A DNA stretch of 64,000 bases from Bacteroidales bacterium (lineage in GTDB: Bacteria > Bacteroidota > Bacteroidia > Bacteroidales > ML635J-15). A program made the translations under genes and the position numbers. The notes beneath the pieces were generated by a model, which did no database searches, was not told the origin of the DNA, and was given only the letters and a program-made list of their open reading frames with translations. Shown here piece after piece: positions 35,701 through 44,349 of the stretch (position 1 is its first letter; the number at the start of each line of letters is the position of its first letter). Where the stretch lies: positions 7,650 through 71,649 of the forward strand of contig JAGOLH010000004.1 of the NCBI GenBank assembly GCA_017994175.1. The letters run 5' to 3'.

Positions 35701-36424
35701 CGGTTGTGAAGGGAAGTGTTGTTGTTCCATCGAACAGATAAAATCCGCTGGTATTTTCGCATTTAATAAGAATGTTTCTTTCATCTAAAACAAATAAATC
35801 AATAACGTCCCTGTTTTCAGGCAATATCAACTTGGCTACAGGTTGCATAGTTCTTTTATCCGGATCATAAGTAAACAATCCATTACCCTCAATAGAAACA
35901 TATATCTTTTTATTTGCCTTAAAAGCAAGAATTTTATTTTCGGATGAGTAAACCTTTTCTACAACTTCGTCCTTAATATCCAATATCATATTATCCCCCA
36001 AAAACAACACATGATTATTAAAAGCAATGACTTTGTTGATCTGCCCGGGAGAACAACTGGGAGGCAAAGCAAGGTCCTTCATCTCCATCCTGTTGATATA
36101 GGGGGTAATGACACCGATTTTGTTATATCCACCAGCATAAATCAACCCATTTTCGGAGACGTCCAATATCGGTGTACCAATCAGGTGTACCGTTTGCCAT
36201 TCAACATTATTGAACCGGATTATTCTGTTAAGGTTGCCGAAATACAGAAAGCCAAATTTATCTTGGGTTATCGAAAAATTCTGACTTTCGTTTTTGTATT
36301 CTTTTGGTGCATAATTGTAAAAACCCGGCAGTCCGTGTTCAACAAGCTGCGAAAATGCACTTGAAAAACAAATAATTACAAGTGCTGACGTAAAAATAGT
36401 TTTCAATAATCTATACAATATCAC
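32744..36424 (-). CDS. membrane sensor: periplasmic beta-propeller (Reg_prop) + Y_Y_Y domain, TM, class III adenylate cyclase, C-terminal HD domain
   Basis: 1,226 aa. N-terminal signal/TM. Y_Y_Y motif [62 protein letters not shown]. Cyclase core [12 protein letters not shown]...[13 protein letters not shown]...[36 protein letters not shown] (~33340-33920). HD motif YYHNSRHT...AALFHDAGF...CDADLDYLG (~32750-33260). Start codon is GTG, so the exact start is uncertain. Confidence 0.85.
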   Translation of the reverse strand: [1226 protein letters not shown]

Positions 36425-36546
36425 TAAGTTTTATTTAATCTGTAAATATAGGGTTGTCGCATTATTAAGTAAGCGAATTTACGAATAATTTTTAATCGAT
36501 TATGTATTCTTTTTTCTTATAATTGTTTATTAAAACAAAAAAGATA

Positions 36547-37773
36547 ATGAGCAGAGGCAAAGAAAACAAACCCCATATAGGTATTTACGGAAACCGCAAT
36601 GCAGGGAAAAGCTCACTTATCAATCGAATTGCGGGGCAAGAGGTTTCAATTGTTTCTGATTTTGCGGGAACCACAACCGATCCGGTAAAAAAAAGCATCG
36701 AAATAACAGGATTCGGACCGGTTATCATTATCGACACAGGTGGTATTGATGACATTGGCGAAATTGGGTTGAAAAGAGTATCTAAAACGCTTCATTCAAT
36801 AGCAAGTATCGATTTGGCAATTCTTGTAATAACAAATAATATTATTTCGGAAAGCGAGAAGAAACTGATTTATAGTTTTAAGCAGCACGATGTCCCTTTT
36901 ATAATCGTACATAATAAATCGGATTTACGGCCGCTTGATCCTACATTCAAAACAAGTCTTAAAAATGATTATAGCACCGATATTATCGAATTCAGCACTT
37001 TAACCGACAACAACCTTCAGCCACTCATTGATGCAATTAAAAACAACATTCCTGATTTATCGTGGAAAATTCAATCATTACTTGGCGATTTAATCAGTTA
37101 TGGTGATATTGTGTTGCTTATAACTCCAATCGACATAGAAGCACCCGAAGGTAGAATGATCCTGCCACAAGTTCAGGCAATCCGCGACATTCTTGATAAC
37201 GACTGCATAGCGATTGTTGTAAAAGAACGGGAAGTGGACGTTTTTTTACGAAAAACCGGCATTAAACCCGCATTAGCAATAACCGATTCACAGGTTTTTC
37301 TAAAAGCTGATGCAAGTATTCCAAAAGAAATTCCTCTAACAGGTTTCAGTGTTCTGCTTGCTCGCTATAAAGGCGATTTTACAAACTACCTTGCGGGCAC
37401 ACCCAAGATTTCGGAACTTCGGACTGGCGACAGGGTTCTCATTTTGGAAAGCTGTACTCACCATGTTTCGTGTGATGATATTGGCAGGGTGAAAATACCG
37501 CGATGGATGTCCAACTATACCGGAAAGAAGCTCGATTTCGATGTTGTAACCGGACTTGATAAATTACCACGCGACATTCGCGATTACGCATTAGTTGTAC
37601 AGTGCGGTGGATGTGTACTAACACGAAAACAGGTAATCAACCGGTTAAGACCTGCTGTGGAAGCAGGTGTACCAGTTACAAATTACGGAATGGCAATAGC
37701 ATGGATGCAGGGTATTTACAAAAGAGCAGTCGCACCATTTGTTTCACTGGACAATAAAAGTGAGTACCTATAA
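36547..37773 (+). CDS. hydF: [FeFe]-hydrogenase H-cluster maturation GTPase HydF
   Basis: P-loop IGIYGNRNAGKSSLINRI, then TTD, DTGG, NKSD. C-terminal cluster motif SCTHH-x46-QCGGC. The ATG at 36547 is preferred over the TTG at 36523. Confidence 0.8.
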   Translation: MSRGKENKPHIGIYGNRNAGKSSLINRIAGQEVSIVSDFAGTTTDPVKKSIEITGFGPVIIIDTGGIDDIGEIGLKRVSKTLHSIASIDLAILVITNNIISESEKKLIYSFKQHDVPFIIVHNKSDLRPLDPTFKTSLKNDYSTDIIEFSTLTDNNLQPLIDAIKNNIPDLSWKIQSLLGDLISYGDIVLLITPIDIEAPEGRMILPQVQAIRDILDNDCIAIVVKEREVDVFLRKTGIKPALAITDSQVFLKADASIPKEIPLTGFSVLLARYKGDFTNYLAGTPKISELRTGDRVLILESCTHHVSCDDIGRVKIPRWMSNYTGKKLDFDVVTGLDKLPRDIRDYALVVQCGGCVLTRKQVINRLRPAVEAGVPVTNYGMAIAWMQGIYKRAVAPFVSLDNKSEYL

Positions 37774-37780
37774 TAATCCC

Positions 37781-38488
37781 TTACCGGCCATTCGCAAAGA
37801 GCAGGTAGTATTTCTCTTTCAACCCCTTAAGAAACTCAAGAGTTAAATTTTTGCAGTAGATGCGAACCATATCCTGAATTTCGGCTCCTTTGAATACAAA
37901 ACTTTTAGCAGCATCAAACGATTGTCCGGAGATATTGTTCCTCAATACCTGAATACGTGATGAAAACTCGTCCCATGCAGGATTTTCATACACATCGAAA
38001 TACCCAATATCGGGGTTTCTAAGGTCAAGAAAAATATTATCCCCAACCGGATCAAGAAGAAAGAACTTATAAATTTTAATCAGGGCGGGAGAGTTCTCAA
38101 TATTGTTAACTTTCTTTTTAAGAACTAGCCCATGGTGCTGAAAACATTCCTGTAATTCTTTGACGTTATCGTAGTTTGTAACACCTGCAATTCGCACAGC
38201 ACAACAAGTAGCGTGCCGCATCGAGATTTCTGTAAACGCCGCATCGAATGGACTTTTATGGTCGGCTTTCACTTTCAGCGAAATTCTCACTATATCCTCC
38301 ATAGTGTAGTGCTCTCCTGCAACAATATATACATACAACGGCTTAGAGGTTGTTGGTGCATTACCGTAATAACCCGGAAATGTATCAAGCGACTCGAGTA
38401 TACAGGTATTTCTAACGCCATACTCACCAAGACACCAAAGGTTTTCAACTTTAGTCAAACAACCAAATAAATCGTTAACCGAAACCAT
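37781..38488 (-). CDS. hypothetical protein (Cys-rich, no recognisable family)
   Basis: 235-aa ORF, leaderless, with 9 Cys. No motif I can place. Confidence 0.45.
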   Translation of the reverse strand: MVSVNDLFGCLTKVENLWCLGEYGVRNTCILESLDTFPGYYGNAPTTSKPLYVYIVAGEHYTMEDIVRISLKVKADHKSPFDAAFTEISMRHATCCAVRIAGVTNYDNVKELQECFQHHGLVLKKKVNNIENSPALIKIYKFFLLDPVGDNIFLDLRNPDIGYFDVYENPAWDEFSSRIQVLRNNISGQSFDAAKSFVFKGAEIQDMVRIYCKNLTLEFLKGLKEKYYLLFANGR

Positions 38489-38610
38489 ATTTATTATTTT
38501 AATTCTTGAAGAGCAATTTACAATGTTATACGAAAAAAAATATACACAGGTTTAGCAATTTGTTCATCAGGTTATAAATTTAATCAATTTTCTGATTAAT
38601 TTCTATGTAT

Positions 38611-38925
38611 TTATTTTTTCACATCTCCTATTTTCGACTCCACCGAGGCTATTTTTGAATTCAAGCGTTGTTCTGTTCCATTTGTTCTGATATCGAATGT
38701 TGCGGTAATATATACCCTTTCACTGTCAGCTCCAATAGCAGAGTAAGCTTTTTCAATTATTTCGGTGCAATGATTAAGGCTTGGAGTTTCAATAATAGTA
38801 GCCATAGGTGTAAGACGGTAATCATACCCTGTATCACGAATTATTTCTACAACCCTGCTTACGTATTTGCTTACACTGCTCCCTTTATCGGTTGGGAAAA
38901 TCACCAGGCTCATCAGGACTGACAT
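38611..38925 (-). CDS. MTH1187/YkoF-like (DUF77) small thiamine-binding-family protein
   Basis: MSVLMSLVIFPTDKGSSVSKYVSRVVEIIRDTGYDYRLTPMATIIE. The internal ATG at 38925 lies 10 nt after the upstream stop; the longer ORF start at 38973 would overlap the upstream gene. Confidence 0.65.
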   Translation of the reverse strand: MSVLMSLVIFPTDKGSSVSKYVSRVVEIIRDTGYDYRLTPMATIIETPSLNHCTEIIEKAYSAIGADSERVYITATFDIRTNGTEQRLNSKIASVESKIGDVKK

Positions 38926-38935
38926 ACATGAAGAA

Positions 38936-40312
38936 TTAAGGTAAATTACTGAACAACGCTGAATTAATATCATTTATGGCCTTACGGGTTATTAAACGAA
39001 CAGCCTCCTGATAGGCATCATTTGAAGATTCCTTACTATTCTGCCCTTCACCCTCGGCCACATATTGTTTCTGGAATTTTTGCTCATTTTTCTTGTCGAA
39101 CACCGTTACCATAACATTGATATCAGTGATTGTTTCGTAGCCCACTTTTTCTCGAACTACCGTATTTGCGTCGATTTGAACAACAAAATCAGCTTGCGAT
39201 TGTGTATCAGCAATTTTGTTTGCACGGGAAATTTCAGGTCTTAAAGCATCGGAAAGTAAAGCTTTCCCTGTTTCAGTGCCAAATTCCTTTTCAGTGCTTA
39301 TTACAAAGAATGCCGGTTTTTCAATTATTAGTACTACTGATGTTCTTTTTACCGGCAATTGTTTGATTATTTTTCGAATAAACGGGTCTTTCGAAACTCT
39401 CGACATCGTTATGAGATCAACAGATAGACTTATGGTTTCTGTTTCACCGCTACTAACTATTTTATTAAAATCACACATTACTTTTCCGGAGTTATCGCTG
39501 ACAGCCCGTTCATTTTTAAGCTCCACTCCTGTATATTTTATTTCCACAGGCAAATCCGCGATTACCTGCCTGTTCTGGTTATAAACAATAAAACTCCTTT
39601 CGGTTTGAGAAAGAGAGGTTCCGCGTATTACTTTGATTTCGGTATAAGGGTGTTCAATTACTATCGACTGTATCATCGATACCATTGCATTTAAAACCGT
39701 TTGCCCGATATCGGCTTTAACGCTGTCAACAATTGTCTCTGTTGATTCGTTCATATAAGGTTTCAGCGCAGTAAGAGCATCGGCATAAAACCTTAAAGCT
39801 TCGGTATAGCAGTTTGCCTTACGTTGGGTTTGCCCTTCGTAGTACTTATATACTGCATCGGCAATTGCTTTATTTTTTCGCTCAGCCTGCATTTGTGCAT
39901 ACTTTTCTTTCGAAAGGCGGTAATATACCCAGTAATAATTTTTATCTTCCCATGAATCAACCAATTCATACCCCTCAAGGTACGTTTCGGTTGAAGTGGT
40001 TACTTCCGATGTCCAGTTTTCGGTAATGTTATAATTATGCTCCATCACCGAAAGAACTGATGCACTTGAAATGGTTACTGAAATCTCCCTTGCCAGGTCG
40101 CCAAGAGCCTTTTGCTGCGCTGTCTGGGTATAATCGGCAGGGGCAAACCCTGGCTTTGTTGCAGAGCCGATTCCTATGTAGTAAAATGAACTTACAGGTT
40201 TGGACTTTACCCATTCAGGCTGTGGTTTAACTGCCTCTGTAGTGTTTTGCAGGGTCTTGCAACCGCTCATCAACAAACCGGCAAGTAAAAATAGTATTAC
40301 CGTTTGTTTCAT
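38936..40312 (-). CDS. LPP20/FlgP-like lipoprotein
   Basis: 458 aa with lipobox LLMSGC. N-terminal PEWVKSKPVSSFYYIGIGSATKPG...AQQKALGDLAREISVTISS...YYWVYYRLSK. Confidence 0.6.
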   Translation of the reverse strand: MKQTVILFLLAGLLMSGCKTLQNTTEAVKPQPEWVKSKPVSSFYYIGIGSATKPGFAPADYTQTAQQKALGDLAREISVTISSASVLSVMEHNYNITENWTSEVTTSTETYLEGYELVDSWEDKNYYWVYYRLSKEKYAQMQAERKNKAIADAVYKYYEGQTQRKANCYTEALRFYADALTALKPYMNESTETIVDSVKADIGQTVLNAMVSMIQSIVIEHPYTEIKVIRGTSLSQTERSFIVYNQNRQVIADLPVEIKYTGVELKNERAVSDNSGKVMCDFNKIVSSGETETISLSVDLITMSRVSKDPFIRKIIKQLPVKRTSVVLIIEKPAFFVISTEKEFGTETGKALLSDALRPEISRANKIADTQSQADFVVQIDANTVVREKVGYETITDINVMVTVFDKKNEQKFQKQYVAEGEGQNSKESSNDAYQEAVRLITRKAINDINSALFSNLP

Positions 40313-40314
40313 GC

Positions 40315-41679
40315 CTATTCTTCGGGGTTATATTCATTAACCGCATCGGCCACTTTCATCGATGATGCTGAAATCACTTCGCCGGTGAGAGTGTTATAGT
40401 CCTTAATAACTCGGCGACCGTCAAGAAGTTCCTGCAATGCTTTCACATCTTTCTGGTTATCGTTGACTACGTCTTCGGAGCTATGACCTGCTTTATTTTT
40501 CCAGTAACCAGGTACCAGAGCTTTCTTATCGCCGGTATAGTCTGCATATAAAATTTTATCTTCGCTAACCAAGGTGTGACTATTTGTGGCAATTATCTCT
40601 CCCGTTTTGTTATATATCAGTTTATAGGTAAACGAAATTTTAACCTGTCGGCCCATAGAGTACTCCTTATAAGTAACCTTTTCGTAATCAGTAACTGTTC
40701 TCACATTACCAGCTTCATCCTTGGTTTGTTTTGTGTATTTTCGATACCCACGCTTTTCGGTTTCCTTTAACATACCTTTTTCGTAGGTAAAACCCGTAAC
40801 TGTAGTGTAAAGTGTTATGTCTGGGTTTACTGCTTTAACGGGAGGTTGCTGTCCTTTACTTAGTGACCCGTCAGGCTGGAGTCGGGGATTGGCTTCAACC
40901 AGTTTTAAAAACGGATTTCTTTTATCCTGGATGTCTTTAATAATTGCAGCTTGCAAACTGGTTTCAATTCCTGCTGTACCCGATTTGTTAACAACCGGTG
41001 AAACAGCCAGCATAAGTGTGGCTTTCTCGAGGCATTCCGCTTTTAATTCATATGCATCCTTATAGTTGCCTGAGCCGGAAATCACTTTATCGAACAAGTA
41101 ATATGCTGCACGATACATCTTGTTGTTCATTTTTTGCTGTGCGTCTCTGTAAACAGGTTCATAAATTGCAACATTCAGCTTTTCCTTTGAGTCTTTATAG
41201 CCCGGTTGCAGTTGCAATATTTCACGGAAAAGCTTCTCTGCTTCAGCAAATTTCTCGTTTTCGAGCAACTTTGAAGCTTCGTTGTATTTATCGGCAATGT
41301 AAACATTTTTGACTTCGTCGTAATTTTCGCGGTAATATGAAGGGAAATTCAGCTCAACACCTACTGCGGTAATTTTATTGTAATAGTCTTCGGCATCTTT
41401 AAAATTATACACTGCTTCCTGATTTTTTTCCTCATTATACGATTTGTTAAATGCGGATAATTTTTTATCGAGCACTCTTTGCCCGGTTCGTTTTAAACCG
41501 AGCTTCGCATCGACATTCGATTTTTTTGCAAGAACTGCCTGATAATAATATTCTGCTGCATCGACATACATTCCGGCTTCTTCCATTTTTGAACCTTTCT
41601 TGGTAAGACGCGAAGAAGCACACGAAACCGAAATTAAAATTATCAGAAAAGCTGCTGCAATTGGGTATGCATTTCTCAT
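40315..41679 (-). CDS. TPR-containing lipoprotein with a CsgG/LpoB-like C-terminal half
   Basis: 454 aa with lipobox LISVSC. TPR-like helices (AEYYYQAVLAKKSNVDAKLGL, AEKLFREILQLQPGYKDS, AAYYLFDKVISGSGNYKDAYEL). The C-terminal half begins ATLMLAVSPVVNKSG. Confidence 0.5.
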   Translation of the reverse strand: MRNAYPIAAAFLIILISVSCASSRLTKKGSKMEEAGMYVDAAEYYYQAVLAKKSNVDAKLGLKRTGQRVLDKKLSAFNKSYNEEKNQEAVYNFKDAEDYYNKITAVGVELNFPSYYRENYDEVKNVYIADKYNEASKLLENEKFAEAEKLFREILQLQPGYKDSKEKLNVAIYEPVYRDAQQKMNNKMYRAAYYLFDKVISGSGNYKDAYELKAECLEKATLMLAVSPVVNKSGTAGIETSLQAAIIKDIQDKRNPFLKLVEANPRLQPDGSLSKGQQPPVKAVNPDITLYTTVTGFTYEKGMLKETEKRGYRKYTKQTKDEAGNVRTVTDYEKVTYKEYSMGRQVKISFTYKLIYNKTGEIIATNSHTLVSEDKILYADYTGDKKALVPGYWKNKAGHSSEDVVNDNQKDVKALQELLDGRRVIKDYNTLTGEVISASSMKVADAVNEYNPEE

Positions 41680-41736
41680 GTATCAGCGGATGTTAAATTG
41701 TTTGTAAAATTATAAAACATATTGTAAAAAACTAAA

Positions 41737-44349
41737 TCATTGCTTCAGAATATCTGTTTGAGTATTTACCACTTTCTGATAATGCTCATTATCGTAATCA
41801 ATCATTATATCGCCATTCACCTTAAAACATTTAAGATAGTTCACCCGCAAGCTTCTGAAAAAACTGTCGTAATAAATACCGTTCAGGACCTTGACCTGTT
41901 TGTTACCGCTTTTATAGTCACGCATTTGCGCTCTTGCACCGTTTACAATGCTCAGCGGCCCGCATTTCAACACCTTACCTCCGCTGGTATAAAATGTTAC
42001 AATTCCATTACGGCTCGAAATTCGGGTTAAATACTGTAAACTACTATAGAAGTTTTTATAATTATTTTTAAACGAAGGGTTTAATGTATTCAGACTTGCC
42101 ATCATTTCTTTCCCACTAATGTCGAGGCTTGAGTTCTGTAAGGTTTCCATTAGTGCAAAAAAACCAGCAATACTTTTATCGTAATGCATCGAAATGTATT
42201 TATCTGTGAGCTTTTTCCATGTTTCCAACAGCTCGTAATTCCCAGACAGTCCAAGTTCCGGGCTGATTTTCAATCCTGATTCGGAAACACCGCGTTCAGC
42301 AATTATCACCAAATCGTTTTCTGTATTCAGGAATAAGGTTTGCTCAGGGTTATAACTGAATTCCTCAACAAAAGTAAGGCCTTTTACATCACCGCGATCC
42401 GAAATCGTTACCTGCAGAAAAAAGGGTTTTCCACCATAAATCGAATCGAGGCGTATAGAAGTTTGCCATTCAAGCTCTCCGTCTTTATTAAATTTAATTG
42501 CAAATTGATCGGCCACCGACGAAGATACAAGCTTCTTCTTATCAAAATACAAGTTTTTCCCAAACTCTCCGCTAACATAAACACTCCGGTCGGAACTGAT
42601 AATGATGTTTTGCAGCGATATGCTGCCATCTGTAGCAAAAGTTGATACCCACAACGGTTTGTTGTATTTATCGAGCCGGGCAACAAAAACCCCTGTGTTC
42701 TCATTCTCAACAACCCAAGACCTACCGTTCATTGTAAGCGTATCGGTAAAAAAACCGGCAATTAAACAAGAGCTGTCTTCGCTGATAAGTATAGTTTTGT
42801 CGGACCCTTTAAACCCGCCCGCTTTGTAAATCTTCTCCCAGACAAATTCTTCCTGTTCATCTTGATTCGATCTTTTTGAGGGTGAAATAATACTGAATTT
42901 CGATTTTTTAAACTGAGGCATTGTAGCTCCTACAGGTGCATTGATATAGGTTGGATCGCAAACAGTAAATCGACGATTATCATATTGAATCAGGTCTCCA
43001 TTTACCATTGAGGTAAAACAAACTGCAGTTGAAACATGTTGAGGGTAATTCAGGCTGATAACCGGTAAATCCAGAAGCTCGTTGATGATATAGGCAAAGA
43101 ACACAGAGCGGTCTTCGCAGTCGCATGCTTCATAGTGGAGTATTTCTTCAGGGAAAAAATATTTTTCCTTGCCGAATTGCTCCTGATCGGTTTTGTATGA
43201 AAACCCTGTTTGTACCATTTTTAGCAGAAATGATGCAGCATCTTTTTCAGGCATACCCTTCATAATAGGCCAGAGCTCAGTTGCTAGCGACTCTTTAGTT
43301 ATTTCAGATACTCCAGCATCGAAATACAACCCAATATAGCACTGTGGATAGCTACTGTAGAAGTCTATCAGGTTTTTATTGTAGAGCACTTTAATATTAT
43401 ATTGTTTCGAGTCAAAAGAAAAACCGATGTTTCTAGTAAGCGTATCTACGTCAAAAGAAGGGGGTTTGTACAAATTAAAATTCATAATTTGGTTAGCTGC
43501 AGGGTAGTCTTTTTCATAAGTTTTCACAGCACCGGTTGTTCCATCGAGCATATAGTACTTTACTCCTCCAAAAGTCAGATAGCTGAATCCATACAATTGA
43601 TTAAAAACCGGAACAAGCAGCGAAACGCCTTTTGAATGATACGCCAGTCTGATTTTATATCCCATTTTCGTTAGTACAAACCAAGAAAACAATGTTGCTG
43701 AATTTCTATCTTTTGTTGCACGGGTACCCAGTTCATTAACCAGCAAATACATGGCATAGTCGTTCAGATTTAAATTACTTTTTACCCTCAGCAATTCAAC
43801 AATAGGAGCATCAAAACCGGAATCGCTCATTTTTTTCCAATATGAAGCAAAGTTTTGTTCATCAACCGAGGCAGAAAACGTACTCCTCATATCATCAGGC
43901 ACAGGAATACAAAGATGTGTCCCGTAGAAATCAAAGCAAATGTTGTTATCCCGAAGGTCCTTGTCTGCAGAAGTGATTGCGGGAATTGGATTCATGGGTT
44001 CAACCGCCATTTCTATGGTTTTAGTCTGCAACTGTATCTGTGAAGGCTGAATACGCCTTACAGGTTCAACATTGATCAGTTTTTTGTAAACAGGGACAAC
44101 ATCAGGACCCGGGGCAGGACTTGCATACTCAGCTTTAAATAGTTGGAATTGCTGCCACTCTTTCTGGATATATTCTGCAAATTCCTTATCGTTCTGCTCA
44201 ACAAATCTCTTGTAATCGTTTCGTAAATCCTCCAGTCCGTTATAATATTCTCTTTTAAATTTATCGAAATCTTCATCATTCTGCGAAAAAGCAGAAGTAC
44301 TCCACAACAGAGTAATCAGAGCGAGGAGCAATAAATTTCTCATAATCAT
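41737..44349 (-). CDS. secreted protein with a transglutaminase-like Cys/His/Asp core and a beta-rich C-terminal region
   Basis: Signal peptide MIMRNLLLLALITLLWSTSAFSQ (ATG at 44349). Core motifs YEACDCEDRSVFFAYII ... NYPQHVSTAV ... FTVCDPTY. N-terminal coiled coil. Confidence 0.5.
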   Translation of the reverse strand: MIMRNLLLLALITLLWSTSAFSQNDEDFDKFKREYYNGLEDLRNDYKRFVEQNDKEFAEYIQKEWQQFQLFKAEYASPAPGPDVVPVYKKLINVEPVRRIQPSQIQLQTKTIEMAVEPMNPIPAITSADKDLRDNNICFDFYGTHLCIPVPDDMRSTFSASVDEQNFASYWKKMSDSGFDAPIVELLRVKSNLNLNDYAMYLLVNELGTRATKDRNSATLFSWFVLTKMGYKIRLAYHSKGVSLLVPVFNQLYGFSYLTFGGVKYYMLDGTTGAVKTYEKDYPAANQIMNFNLYKPPSFDVDTLTRNIGFSFDSKQYNIKVLYNKNLIDFYSSYPQCYIGLYFDAGVSEITKESLATELWPIMKGMPEKDAASFLLKMVQTGFSYKTDQEQFGKEKYFFPEEILHYEACDCEDRSVFFAYIINELLDLPVISLNYPQHVSTAVCFTSMVNGDLIQYDNRRFTVCDPTYINAPVGATMPQFKKSKFSIISPSKRSNQDEQEEFVWEKIYKAGGFKGSDKTILISEDSSCLIAGFFTDTLTMNGRSWVVENENTGVFVARLDKYNKPLWVSTFATDGSISLQNIIISSDRSVYVSGEFGKNLYFDKKKLVSSSVADQFAIKFNKDGELEWQTSIRLDSIYGGKPFFLQVTISDRGDVKGLTFVEEFSYNPEQTLFLNTENDLVIIAERGVSESGLKISPELGLSGNYELLETWKKLTDKYISMHYDKSIAGFFALMETLQNSSLDISGKEMMASLNTLNPSFKNNYKNFYSSLQYLTRISSRNGIVTFYTSGGKVLKCGPLSIVNGARAQMRDYKSGNKQVKVLNGIYYDSFFRSLRVNYLKCFKVNGDIMIDYDNEHYQKVVNTQTDILKQ

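Noticed and set aside
38926-38973. A longer N-terminal extension of the MTH1187-like ORF (start at 38973).
   Set aside because: The extension would overlap the upstream lipoprotein gene by 38 nt and adds a non-homologous leader. The family normally begins at the MSV..L.V.P strand, which is the ATG at 38925.
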